Shown one piece after another: positions 49,213-59,751 of a stretch of 64,000 nucleotides of DNA (positions are counted from its first letter, which is position 1; the number at the start of each line of letters is the position of its first letter). The DNA is from a virus (taxonomy: Duplodnaviria > Caudoviricetes), in the IMG/VR virus record IMGVR_UViG_3300012979_000032, positions 1 to 64,000 of that record; one strand, given 5' to 3'. The translations under genes and the position numbers were made by a program. The notes below the pieces were generated by a model. The model ran no database searches and was not told the origin of the DNA. It saw nothing but the letters and a program-made list of their open reading frames with translations.

Positions 49213-49727
49213 AAGTTCTTCATTACATCCTGCAACAAGGTAACATCTCCAATATTGGCTAAATCTTCTTGTAGTTTATTAATATCAAAACTTGTTTCGT
49301 CATAATTGTTGCTTAAGCGCTCCAATACTCCCATAATTGAGCTATTATAAGTGTAAATTGCCGTTACGCATTCAGCAGTATTCTTAACTAAATATTCATA
49401 TTCATGAGAAGGAATTGCGCTAAAAATTTTATCAAAAATTTGATTTTCTTCAAGTAAATCATATAGCTTAGCCGGATCTTCACGCTGTTTCTCTGTAAAA
49501 GCGAGATTAGTATATCTAAAAACAATCTCTAATTTTGTAAATATTTCAATTTTTACCGGATTCGCAAAATTATTCGCATCAGCAGCCCAATTAATTACAG
49601 AACTAATTAAATCTAATTTATCATTAATTGGCAAATATTGCTTAACTTCAATTTCCTGATCATTTATAATAACAGTCTTAACAGAATTATTCATCTTAAG
49701 ACCAAGTTTAGCAAAAGTAGGTTTCAT
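49206..49727 (-). CDS. Hypothetical protein (173 aa, no TAG), possible tail assembly chaperone
   Basis: AAGGAG RBS before the ATG at 49727. Sits immediately upstream of the TMP. Confidence 0.7.
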   Translation of the reverse strand: MKPTFAKLGLKMNNSVKTVIINDQEIEVKQYLPINDKLDLISSVINWAADANNFANPVKIEIFTKLEIVFRYTNLAFTEKQREDPAKLYDLLEENQIFDKIFSAIPSHEYEYLVKNTAECVTAIYTYNSSIMGVLERLSNNYDETSFDINKLQEDLANIGDVTLLQDVMKNLG

Positions 49728-49763
49728 ATAATTATCTCCTTTCATCTCCACTCTGATATTTAT

Positions 49764-49792
49764 ATTATATCAGAAAAATTTTCTTTTGTCAA
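49764..49792 (-). promoter_or_regulatory. Perfect consensus sigmaA promoter TTGACA-17-TATAAT with extended -10 TG
   Basis: -35 at 49792-49787, -10 at 49769-49764. Confidence 0.85.
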
Positions 49793-50841
49793 GTTTGCTA
49801 GCGAAGTATATCTAATACTTCTTCGACTTTTTTCTTAACCTCTTCTTTTCCGCCCTCTATTTCTTTTGGAATAAAGTAACGATTCAATAATGTTTTTAAT
49901 CTTGTCTAAGTACGTTTAGAAACAGATCCATCGGATAACTGCTAATCATATAATTTTAATACCGTCGTCAAATTATAAATAATTTCTAAAATTGCATTAA
50001 CAGCAATAATTTGTTCATTTCTATTCTTTGCCTGAACCCATCGTCCATCAATTTTTAAGTCACCTTGTTTCGTAGCACGAATATTATCCATACGAGTATT
50101 TCCTTCAAATAATGGTTTTAAAGAATTTTTAATTTCAAAACCATCACTATTATAATATTTATCCAAAAACCATTCCCATAACCATCCTTGATTGAATAAA
50201 ATCATGTCTCCTTCATAATTATAATATGTAGTCATTGTTCTAGATTCTCCACCACTCCACATGGCGTATACATTTTGGTCAATATTATTTTTTTGATACA
50301 TAGCATGTCTTTTACTCATAAACCAATCTGCGCTATGATCCCATATCTTAGAAGTTTCCGATAGCTATTGAATTCTTTGCCATTGCTTTAAAGCGCTAGA
50401 ATTCATCTATCTTTTCTTTTGAGCTTCAACTAATTTTTTTTCTAAGGCATAAGTTAAACCAACCGCATCTTTAGACACCATAGTCAGCTCCTGTAAAACT
50501 TCATGCTCAGGAATTAAAGCATTCGCATTATCACCGGTAAAATAATAATCAATAGGTTCATCCATTAAACGATGACGTATTAGAAAAATTAACTAAGCTC
50601 CATATACCATATACTATTGATACGTATCTTGACTTAAAGCATCTTTATTTCCAACTAAATAAGATCTAGTTCTTCCAACTCTCTAAATTTCAATGGTGCT
50701 TGTAAATTTTTCACATAAGCCTAAAATAGTTTTTAAGAGCATCTGCTTTGACCTGCGTTTTGGCATAGATTGAGTTAAAGCAGCATCTGGTAAACTTTTT
50801 TCTAATATATGTCGTAATTCAAGCTCTAAATTAAAATCCAT
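49789..50841 (-). CDS. Hypothetical protein (350 aa; code 15) with a possible PD-(D/E)xK-like motif
   Basis: AAAGGAG RBS and ATG at 50841. Includes track ORF 49942..50319. Several TAGs, ends TGA. Contains QGDLKIDGRWVQAKN. Confidence 0.7.
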
Positions 50842-50867
50842 TCTTTTGCCCTCTCCTTTCTCTCAAA

Positions 50868-50908
50868 ACAAAAAAAATAGGGGAGGGTTATCGAAATAAC
50901 CCTCCCCT
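50868..50908 (-). terminator. Rho-independent terminator after the tail tube gene
   Basis: AGGGGAGGGTTA/TAACCCTCCCCT 12-bp stem followed by a T-run. Confidence 0.85.
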
Positions 50909-50924
50909 TAAATTAGAACTTAAA

Positions 50925-51941
50925 TTAGTTCCAAGTCAAAGCATCATGGTTCTCTTCATGAGCGGTGCTATGACGATGGAGTTCCTGAGTCTCTGCAGTC
51001 TTAATGATCTGGATAGCAGCAAGAACCTTCTTAGAATGATCGAATCTGGTATAATCCGGGAAAGCATCCATGGTGAAAGTGAAAGTGGATGGGTCACCAG
51101 AAGAAGCCATAGTAAAGGTGAAGTTAGACTGAATCTTGCAGTTAGGAATAATAAACTCTGCAGGCATATCTACACCACGCTGATCGCGGAACAAAGTAGA
51201 AGCCTCAAGATAATAGTTACCACCGAACTTATCAGGAGTAATCTCAATCTGCATGCTTCCATCACCCTGACGCTCAACATAATAATCAACGATTACACTG
51301 TCAAACTTGGTATGATCGAGAACGCCGTTATCAAAGAAAACCTTATCAACAACATAGCGATGGGTTTCGCCCTCAGCAGCAGAACCAAACTCATCATAGC
51401 AATCATGATTCATGAGATAAAGAGCATTTTCAATAGTGCCTTCAACCTCATCATCAGCAGCAAAGTGAACAGGAATGTAAGGCTCAGAAACAATTTCGTC
51501 GTCCTTAACAAACATTACATAAGCCATATTTCCACGGCCATCGCCAGGAAGATAAGGCTTTTCACTAGTCTCAATGTAAATAACATTGTTAGCATTAACC
51601 TTAACCTTGCTAGCATCAATAGTTTCAGAAATGTGCTGATAGATTGGCTGCTCATCAGCATCAATCAAGCCAGCACCAGAAAGAATCATGAATCCTTCAG
51701 GAGAGATGAGAGCATCTTCCATGGTGAAGGTAACAGTTCTTTCACCCTCCCAAGCTACTAGACGGCTATTACCACGACCACCCTGTGCATAAACAGTGGT
51801 AGCTGCACCTTCCATACTGGAAGTCTTCAAAGTATCAAAATAAATTACGGGCTCATTAGCATAGAAAATCTTCTTGCCGACCTTCATAGCACTCTTAGCC
51901 TTTAGTACTACGTCACAAATTTCGCGTACACCGAACTTCAT
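50925..51941 (-). CDS. Major tail (tube) protein (338 aa, no TAG)
   Basis: Intact ORF. VYAQGGRGNSRL and IIPNCKIQSNFTFTMASSGDPSTFTFTMD motifs. High-expression codon bias, own terminator, and position upstream of the TMP. Confidence 0.75.
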   Translation of the reverse strand: MKFGVREICDVVLKAKSAMKVGKKIFYANEPVIYFDTLKTSSMEGAATTVYAQGGRGNSRLVAWEGERTVTFTMEDALISPEGFMILSGAGLIDADEQPIYQHISETIDASKVKVNANNVIYIETSEKPYLPGDGRGNMAYVMFVKDDEIVSEPYIPVHFAADDEVEGTIENALYLMNHDCYDEFGSAAEGETHRYVVDKVFFDNGVLDHTKFDSVIVDYYVERQGDGSMQIEITPDKFGGNYYLEASTLFRDQRGVDMPAEFIIPNCKIQSNFTFTMASSGDPSTFTFTMDAFPDYTRFDHSKKVLAAIQIIKTAETQELHRHSTAHEENHDALTWN

Positions 51942-51963
51942 ATAGCAGTTCCTCCTTTAAAAT

Positions 51964-52695
51964 TTAATGAAGATTTTTCATCCAATTATCTGGTTGAGAT
52001 TCAGGCTTGCCACCCGCAAGACGAGTGCGCACATCAAGATCCCAATTCATATAAAGCTAGTATCTTTCCATTAAATCATACAACTAATACATTGTACAAT
52101 TTATCAGATCCTCCATAGACATTGAATGAAGTCCAACAGTAAGGATTGAAAGATATTGGCTAAATACGCTGGTGTTCGCTCCTCCCTTTTGTTCGGCCAC
52201 ACGTTTGCGGCCTCTCATTAATTTATCAGCAATCTCTTTTGCTTTCGCGTCGGCTGGATTAAATGCGGTCTAATCCATAGGCCCCGAGCGCAAACAAAAT
52301 ACATCTCTAACAACTTCTTGCAATTGTTCAAAATTACTTTCATCAACAATTAAGTTATTATTATCTCGATCTTTGAAAATTAATGACTAAGGAGAGAACA
52401 TTATAGAATAATCAGGGAATAGCAGCTTTAAAACGTCTTTTACGCATTTCTTTTTATCTGCCATCTCTTTTTCTCCTATCACTGTCATAAATATTTGAAA
52501 ATTATTGATAGTGTCTAAAACACTTTTGTCCTATACGAACATAGTTTTATGGAGCGCCAGCGTTTGCGCTCCTACGAAAAAATTTGTATCGCCTAAGTAA
52601 GAAATTTCTTTAATTGACGGTTGATGAAGAACTAACTAGCACTCAGGAATTGGAATATCAACTCCCGTAATAAGTGCCATTCTTAAATCAGCCAT
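51964..52695 (-). CDS. Tail assembly/chaperone-like protein (243 aa; code 15; absent from ORF track)
   Basis: MADLRMALITGVDIPIPEC(Q)LVLHQPSIKEI...CTMY(Q)LYDLMERY. Six TAGs, ends TAA. Fills the gap exactly. Confidence 0.75.
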
Positions 52696-52696
52696 A

Positions 52697-53278
52697 TTAC
52701 CTCAAAGATGAATAAAATTCAGCTTCAAGCTTTGCCTACTCTTCTGGAGAAGTCATAGGCTTCTTGTCCTCTTCGCCATGAATTGCAGCGTACATTAAAC
52801 ATAACCCGCCGTATTCATCAGTTAATATAACCTGGGAACAACCAACAAACTCTAACTCGCCAATTCCGGTTAAATGTTTGCCATCAAACATTGAATCAAT
52901 TTCAGCCGCAATACGATAAGGACGCAATTTAAAATCATGCATTTGCCATTGATCAAAATGACAAATAATATCAAATTCAATAATATTATCTCTAAATTCT
53001 GGATTCGTTCTATTCGGAGTAAAATTATCAAAATTGACAATCACATAACTCAAAACAGAATTATCGACATATAACTTTGGAACAATTTTTATATTTTTAT
53101 TTACCAACCCAAGTGATTCATCTTGTGTTAGATTCGGCCTTTCCATTGCGTCTTTTGAATTATAAAATAACAAACGCTTAAAACGTTCATTTTTTAACAA
53201 TTCACGAGTAATTAATTCCATGTCTTTTTCCACAGATAGAAAAGAGGACTTAGGTCTCTTTACTCCATCAATTCTCAT
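52697..53278 (-). CDS. Tail completion/terminator-like protein (193 aa; code 15)
   Basis: Track ORF extended through one TAG to TAA at 52697. IEFDIICH..LRPYRIAAEID motif and neck-gene position. Confidence 0.6.
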
Positions 53279-53296
53279 AAAAAAACTCCTTTACTC

Positions 53297-54457
53297 TTAA
53301 AATAATGATTCAACCACAATAGTTTTTGTGATGTCACCATAACTAATTTCAAATTGCCCGCTATGTGATTTTTCCCAGCGCAATTGAATTTGTCTATTGT
53401 CTTTAGGATTTACACTAAAAGTTAAAGGCAATTTATCTGGTTTAATTGTCCAAGTGCTGGTAGCTGGACCTTGATACTTATAAAAATAAACTCCATGAGG
53501 CTTAATGAAAATATCTCCAATAATACGCTTAGTACTTGGATCTTCTTCATTTGGATCTTCTGGTTTATTAATAAATGCGCCAACCATACCATTTTCAACA
53601 TCATCTTCAGTTTCATTGGCATAATATTCAACTGCTGTAACCTCGAGGATTCCAGGAGTAGAAATCCAATCTGTCGCTTCCACTCTCCAGCATACGTTTG
53701 GAGCGCCAGGCTCTATATTCTACAAATAAAATTTAGAATACCGTTTAAACTGTTTTAATGTTTGTTCAGTACGTGGCATTAAAATATGTAAACTATAATT
53801 TGGATTATCAACAGAAATCTAATGCTTTTGGATATAATCAATCTTAGTTTCAACTGGGCCACGAATTGCAGCATATGTAGAATGAATTCCTTCTTCATCC
53901 TCCCAGCTAATTTCATAAGAACACTTTCTGATTTCTCCTCTAAAATAAGCAATTTCGTTCATATCCTATAAATAAATTAACCAATGACTGCCCGTGCCAC
54001 ACCATTCAAATACATCGCCAACTCCAAAGCCATATTCATAAGGTATAGAAATAATCTTATCGTCATAATCCATCTTAGTCTTATCCGGATTAATTAATGC
54101 ACGCACCATTGGATAAGGCTATTTTTTTGCCCAGTCCTCATTCGGACCTACATTTTTTTGATGGACTTTACGCACATTAGCACCATGGTATGAAAAATTT
54201 AATACTCTATCAAGAGTGCGTTTTTTATCAGCGACCATGCGGCTTTGCTGATCAAAACCTCCATGAATATGTAAGCGAGGAGCTAAACTACTATTTGCAA
54301 TAATTGTCGGGTCAGTTTTTACAACCTTACCTTCATTCCATTCGACGGTATTAAGATCTCCCTCTTCGATGGTGTACTGATGATGTGTTATCATTCCCAA
54401 TCTATTTGCCATAGAATTTAAGCAAGCATTGCGACGTTTTAAAGTTTCATCAACCAC
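53297..54457 (-). CDS. Head closure / head-tail joining protein (386 aa; code 15)
   Basis: GTG start with AGGAG. Joins 54119..54457 and 53297..53683 through 4 TAGs. VGDVFEW..HWLIYL motif. Confidence 0.6.
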
Positions 54458-54755
54458 GATTTAGCTCCTAGATCAGATTGATACACTCAAATACTGTCTT
54501 GCGGTATAGCTCAAAATTCATTTCCTTAACGCGCAATCCTTCAAGCTTGCTTAATAATTGAAGAAAAGTTGGACACATAATGAAAATTTCATTCAGTCCA
54601 ACTACTTCAATAATAACGGTTTCAAGTTGTTTTTCCCAATTCTCTTCATTCTCCCGCATCGGAATTAATTTCCACATCTAATTAGTTAAGCGGGTAATAT
54701 TTTTACTAATAGTTTCTTCTGGAAATTTTAAATCATATTTATCAAGAAGGCTCAT
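54450..54755 (-). CDS. Hypothetical protein (101 aa; code 15)
   Basis: ATG at 54755 overlaps the upstream stop. Two TAGs, ends TGA overlapping the next start. Confidence 0.65.
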
Positions 54756-55344
54756 TGTTGCCAGTCCTTAAAATAGACCAGTTAGAACGATAAATTCCAT
54801 CGTCACCTAACTTACGTCTTTTATATAATCTTTGCATATGGAATGATTCTCTATGAGCTTCATTTAATAAGCTTAACAACTTAGATAAATGGTTAGCTTG
54901 TGAAGTCATTTTAAAATCAGATCCAGAATATTTCATACGGGTATTTTCAATAGAAGAAACTTGACGTTGAATCCAACCGCACTTCATAAGAAGCGCAAGA
55001 ATATTAATTTCTTCAGAAGTCAATTCAACATTAAATGAAGATAATTCAACTAAAACATCGGGAACGCCATCAATATTGGGGTCATCCTCAAATCCACTAT
55101 TCCAGATAATACCAATAACAAAATCGCCATCAGTGACTTCATCTTCTGGAATTACAGCAGTCTCAATTGTATAATCAGTGAGACATTTTCTAGGAAATTC
55201 AAAACCAGGAATAGCATCTATTAGAAGTCTTTGCAAATCCTTAATGGTATCCTGAGGAGTTAACTCCATGTACATATCATCAGTAATTTTTTCGAGGAAA
55301 CGATTGTAAATGGTAGAAAACTTAGTTCCAGTTTTCTGCTCCAT
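54742..55344 (-). CDS. Head-tail adaptor-like protein (200 aa, no TAG)
   Basis: Intact ORF. TKFSTIYNRFL, LTSEEINILA and SQANHLSKL motifs. Located downstream of the capsid gene. Confidence 0.6.
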   Translation of the reverse strand: MEQKTGTKFSTIYNRFLEKITDDMYMELTPQDTIKDLQRLLIDAIPGFEFPRKCLTDYTIETAVIPEDEVTDGDFVIGIIWNSGFEDDPNIDGVPDVLVELSSFNVELTSEEINILALLMKCGWIQRQVSSIENTRMKYSGSDFKMTSQANHLSKLLSLLNEAHRESFHMQRLYKRRKLGDDGIYRSNWSILRTGNNEPS

Positions 55345-55357
55345 TTAAGTCCCTCCC

Positions 55358-55948
55358 TTATTCGTTTTCCTGAGCGGGCTTATCCTTTACTACTACCTTA
55401 TAATTAGGAGCAGTTCTACGGCCAGTCTGAGCAGCAGGCTTTACGCGACGCTCAGCGGGAGCCGCAGACTCGGTAGCAGCTGCCTTTTCCTCAGCCTTTT
55501 CAGCCTGAAGATTGGCAACAGCCTTATCTACATCAAAGCCAGTCTTTTCCAAAAGAGCCTTACGCTTATTATAGTCTTCCAAAGGAAGAGATACTGACAT
55601 AGTCTTAATCAAATCAATAACACCCATTGGGGCAAAATCCAAAGCATCCAAGAAGGCATCAAGAGAACCATGAGTCAGCAAATCACGAATCTGAGTTTCA
55701 GACATGTCGTATTCAACTTCTCTACGAACATTAAGATTATTAGTAACGGCTTCATCTACAATCTGTAGGAACTCTTCAAGGAGAGCATGGCCGCCGGGCT
55801 GATAAGTCAGCTTCTCAAGCTCGCCAAATGGGATCTTCTTAGTTTCACCAGGCTGGAATTCACGACGTAGATTAGTTTCCGGAATACGATAAACTACCAC
55901 GCTAGAACTTCTGTTTTTAACATTATACATAGTATCAGATGTAATCAT
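55358..55948 (-). CDS. Hypothetical head-associated protein (196 aa, no TAG)
   Basis: AAGGAG RBS favours the ATG at 55948. Intact ORF directly after the major capsid gene. Confidence 0.7.
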   Translation of the reverse strand: MITSDTMYNVKNRSSSVVVYRIPETNLRREFQPGETKKIPFGELEKLTYQPGGHALLEEFLQIVDEAVTNNLNVRREVEYDMSETQIRDLLTHGSLDAFLDALDFAPMGVIDLIKTMSVSLPLEDYNKRKALLEKTGFDVDKAVANLQAEKAEEKAAATESAAPAERRVKPAAQTGRRTAPNYKVVVKDKPAQENE

Positions 55949-55974
55949 AATTTCAAATCTCCTTTGTCTCATTT

Positions 55975-56013
55975 AATAAAATAAATGGGGGAGAGGGAGT
56001 TACCCTCTCCCCC
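55975..56013 (-). terminator. Terminator after the major capsid gene
   Basis: GGGGGAGAGGG/CCCTCTCCCCC stem followed by ATTTATTTTATT. Confidence 0.8.
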
Positions 56014-56021
56014 TAGTAAAA

Positions 56022-57134
56022 TTACTGAATTACGCCAGAAAGACGTCCATCATAAGTGGCAACCTTGCCGGTAATGCCATCAAGCTCCCAAGTAGCCATC
56101 TTGCCAAGTAGAGAAGTATCTACATAAGCACAGACGTTGTTAGCGAGCATGCAAACTACGCCAACCTTCTTGTAAACCTGAATCTCACGAGAACGATCAT
56201 AACCAACATAGTCATCAACAATGGTGCCACCCTCGAAAGCAATCTTAACAGGCTTTCCATCAGCACCAGTTGGGATAACCCAAGCATAGCCAGGATCAAT
56301 TACCTTGCGGGTATTGGTCTCGTCATCGAAGGACTGCTCCAAGATAACAACCTTGGTGCCCTTGTACTGAGCCAAGCGACCAGTGTTCCAGAGCTCGGTC
56401 TTCATGGCCTCGGTGTAGCGCCAAGCTTCCTGAGGAATCATGCGAACAGCGAACTCATAAGTGCAATAAATGGTAGGAGTACCATAAGCAGAAGCGATCA
56501 TAATCAAACGATCCATAGCAGCCTCATCGAAACCAGCGCAAGCAACGCGGTTGGCAGGAGGAAGCTGATTTACAGAAGCCTTCAAAGCAGCGGCAACTTC
56601 CTTAGCGATTAGCTCGTCCATACCTTCCATAACAATCTTGGTGACCTCAGCGAAATCGACGCGTCCATCAAGGAACTCTTCGAATCCGATCTGAGCAGCG
56701 CCACCGATTGCGCTGGTACGTACTTCAAAGCTCTCGCTCTCGGAAGGACCGAGCTTGAATACTTCGTAGATGCCAGCCAAGCCAACGCGAGTAATGAACT
56801 GCTTAGCACGCTGACGAGTATTGTTTAGAGGACGACGGAAAACAGGCTTGTCGCCCTGAGCAAAGGTCTTAACCTCAGCGTATTGGTCATAACGCTGCAT
56901 GATCTTCTTGGGGAGAATTTCATCAAGAGTCTCCTCGATCATGGAATAAATCAAATTCTTATTCTCACGGAATAGAGAATAAGTTCCAGCAAGCTCATTG
57001 AGTTCCTTACGGAGGGTCTCATTCATAGCCTCATAGGTAAGGTTCTTGCCTTCAAAACTATAGGAAACAGGAGCAGAAGGATCAGCCTTGGCGACCTGCT
57101 TCATTAAAGCAACCAAATTAACTCTATCTAACAT
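56022..57134 (-). CDS. Major capsid protein (370 aa, no TAG)
   Basis: Intact ORF with strong codon bias. Size and position (after protease and accessory genes, followed by a terminator) fit. GRLAQYKGTKVVIL resembles the HK97 P-domain pattern. Confidence 0.75.
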   Translation of the reverse strand: MLDRVNLVALMKQVAKADPSAPVSYSFEGKNLTYEAMNETLRKELNELAGTYSLFRENKNLIYSMIEETLDEILPKKIMQRYDQYAEVKTFAQGDKPVFRRPLNNTRQRAKQFITRVGLAGIYEVFKLGPSESESFEVRTSAIGGAAQIGFEEFLDGRVDFAEVTKIVMEGMDELIAKEVAAALKASVNQLPPANRVACAGFDEAAMDRLIMIASAYGTPTIYCTYEFAVRMIPQEAWRYTEAMKTELWNTGRLAQYKGTKVVILEQSFDDETNTRKVIDPGYAWVIPTGADGKPVKIAFEGGTIVDDYVGYDRSREIQVYKKVGVVCMLANNVCAYVDTSLLGKMATWELDGITGKVATYDGRLSGVIQ

Positions 57135-57153
57135 AATCTTCTCTCTCCTTTCC

Positions 57154-58107
57154 TTACTTAATTCTCATAATCTTAACGCCCTTTTGGTTGTCAGGCATAG
57201 TGTAAACACGAACAACCTGCCATTCCATGTCGCCGGTACCAACTTCGAGGATACCCTTAGCGCCAGGAGTTAGAACGTCGCCAACCTTGAGTTCGGTGGC
57301 ATTGATCATATTAGTAGTCATAATATCGCCGACATTGGTCTTGAATACACGAGGAACCATAGCGGTACCCTTTGGCATTCTCTTCTCGCGATAAATACCA
57401 AGACGCTTCCAAGGATCATTGGTGAAGCCCCACTCATAGTAGTCTTCAACATCCTTAGTTACATCGTCATACTCATAGGTTACAGGAATCTGAACCTTGG
57501 TCTGACCATTCTCATCGATCTCGTACTCTTCACCATTGTAGGTAAACTTACCATCAACGATATTGCAACGAACTTCGCCGATATCGATGGTCTGGAACTC
57601 AGTAGCACCAGTCTCAGCATTGCGGGTAGGATTGTTAGCAACAAAGTAACGAGAAATAGTCATAGAAGTGTTGCCCTTGTCATCCTTACCATTCAAATAC
57701 ATACCATTATGATACTCAAGCTCAGGAGTCTCCCAATCATAAGGGGTATAAATACGAGCCTGATAGTCATCCTTAATCATAGCAAATTCGCAGTCCCACT
57801 GCTTGCTTCCATCAGGATGGTTGCGATAGAGCTTGATCTCATTATAAACAAGCATCCATTCGCCCTTGCCTTCGAAATTGACTTCGCCGATACCATTATC
57901 GTTAGCAGCATAGTCATACTTTACGAACTGGCCATTTTCCAAAATATCAATGTCAGCCTTGGCAGGTAGCTGAGCATAAATCTGAGCGGTTCTTTGAGCA
58001 GAAAGGTGATTTGGCTCAACCTGACCATAACCGAACTCTACATAACTAGCCTGAGACTTCAAACCAATGCGCTCTTGACTAGCCTTCAAAAAGTCCTTGA
58101 AATTCAT
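57154..58107 (-). CDS. Capsid decoration/auxiliary protein (317 aa, no TAG)
   Basis: Intact ORF with strong codon bias, between protease and capsid genes. GYGQVEPNHLS..ILENGQF and PRVFKTNVGDIMTTN motifs. Confidence 0.6.
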   Translation of the reverse strand: MNFKDFLKASQERIGLKSQASYVEFGYGQVEPNHLSAQRTAQIYAQLPAKADIDILENGQFVKYDYAANDNGIGEVNFEGKGEWMLVYNEIKLYRNHPDGSKQWDCEFAMIKDDYQARIYTPYDWETPELEYHNGMYLNGKDDKGNTSMTISRYFVANNPTRNAETGATEFQTIDIGEVRCNIVDGKFTYNGEEYEIDENGQTKVQIPVTYEYDDVTKDVEDYYEWGFTNDPWKRLGIYREKRMPKGTAMVPRVFKTNVGDIMTTNMINATELKVGDVLTPGAKGILEVGTGDMEWQVVRVYTMPDNQKGVKIMRIK

Positions 58108-58128
58108 AGTCTTTTCCTCCTTAAATTA

Positions 58129-59739
58129 TTAGTTTAATGATTTCGCAGTGTCCAAGACAGCCAGCACCCAAGCTGGGGTGTCTTCGGTCTCATGGTTATT
58201 TAAACTATAAACCATAGGATCATGTTCATCCTTATCATCATCAAGGTTGAAATTCACCTTATTGCGAACGCAAATAACAGAAAGCTTTGCTTCGATATCA
58301 TCCAAAGAATAAGTATCAATGTTAGCAACAACATCAGCCTTATCTTCGTCAGATAACATATAGAATCTCTCAATCATAGACTGCTTTTCCTGGCGCTCTA
58401 CGGAGAGCTTGAACTCAGTCAAAGTAGCAACTTGCTGCTCTAACTCAGTCTTAGTATTAGAAAGGGCATCAAAGTCAGCCTGAAGCTGAGCGAACTTAGA
58501 ACTTAGCTCTTCGTACTCTTCAAGAGAGAAGTGCTTCTTCTTTTTCTTCTCATCCTCATCATCTTCCTCTTTATCCTCTTTATCATCAGCGTCTTTCTTG
58601 TCATCAGCTGGGGCATCTTCTTTCTTTTCGTCTTTATCTTCCCCATCTGTCTTATCTTCAGAATTAGAATCATCAGATTGGTCCTTTTTGTCCTCATCTT
58701 CTTTTTCTTCTTCCTTTTTCTTTTCCTGCTTCTTATACTCGGTCTCAAAGGCTTCAACATCAGCTAAAGCGAACTGAGGCTCACTTGCAGGAACATAAGT
58801 CTTGGTTACTTCTACAAGCTCACTGACAGGCGCCAATCCATTGGTTTCATCAACAGAAAAATCGAGTCTGAAGTACTTCATAGAAGTGCGATCTGCGAGA
58901 ATGGCAAATTTCTGGCCACCCTCCTCAAACACACCATCAATGGAATACTTAGAGCACCATCTCTCCTCACCAGGATAGGTCTTTTCAATATAGCTGTAGA
59001 GAGCACTCCATAGAGAGTCACCAATTTCTACTGCATATCTAGTAAACACTTGTGCTCCTCCTTCATTTTTTAATAATTCTTTGAGCTCATCCATCATTGA
59101 GCGCATTTGCTCCATAAAACTAGGCTCAAATGAGAATGTCACTTCCGGCTTTGTAATGCTTGAGCCCTCGAAACAGGGTTCGCATTCTTCACCTAAAATA
59201 CAAAGTTTAGATATAACACCTTCGTTAATAATGAAAAATTTGGGTTTTCCATTATCATCTTTCGACCAGGTTGCATCTAATGTATTTTCATCTAATTCCA
59301 TAGAATGATTATTTCCTTGGGTTAGGATACGAGCGCATTCTGGGTACTGCCCGGTCCATAAATAACCTTCAGTGCATAAATATTCTCGTTCAACTTTATC
59401 GTCATCTAAAAACCATTGGAACCACACTCTGGCGTTTTCGCCAACAAAGCCATATGGCCGTGTAGTATCTTTGAAAGTCCATTTACCATTAGAAATGTCG
59501 ATTGAACGATTATGCTCCTCAAAATCCTCTTTACTTTCGTTATAAAACCCAACGATAGGATTACCAGGTAAACTATTGGCAAGCTGCTTAGCCGTTTCTC
59601 TGGTAATCACACTTCTATTACGATTGGGTTCATCACTTACATAACACACCTTGATCTAGCATTTAGAAATTAGAGGATTCAAAGGAGTAATTTCTAGGAT
59701 CTCACATGGAGGTCCAAGAGGGACACTCTTATGTCTCAT
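58129..59739 (-). CDS. Prohead protease-scaffold fusion (536 aa; code 15)
   Basis: GGAGG RBS and ATG at 59739. Single TAG at codon 28 (NPLISKC-Q-IKVCYV). NRNRSVIT, EEHN, HSMEL and CILGEECEPCFEGS motifs. Acidic/Lys-rich coiled-coil C-terminus. Confidence 0.75.
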
Positions 59740-59751
59740 GTTACTTCCTCC

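Noticed and set aside
50806-50851. GGGCAA hexamer before gene 49789..50841 as another late-promoter motif
   Set aside because: It lies between the RBS and the start codon and lacks the downstream AT/TAG elements at the fixed spacing.
50946-51761. 271-aa plus-strand ORF
   Set aside because: It is an antisense shadow of the strongly codon-biased tail tube gene, with no convincing RBS or protein-like motifs.
49100-52700. Programmed frameshift tail-chaperone pair (G/GT type)
   Set aside because: No convincing slippery site or overlapping extension frame was identified. The genes here close with ordinary TAA/TGA stops under code 15.
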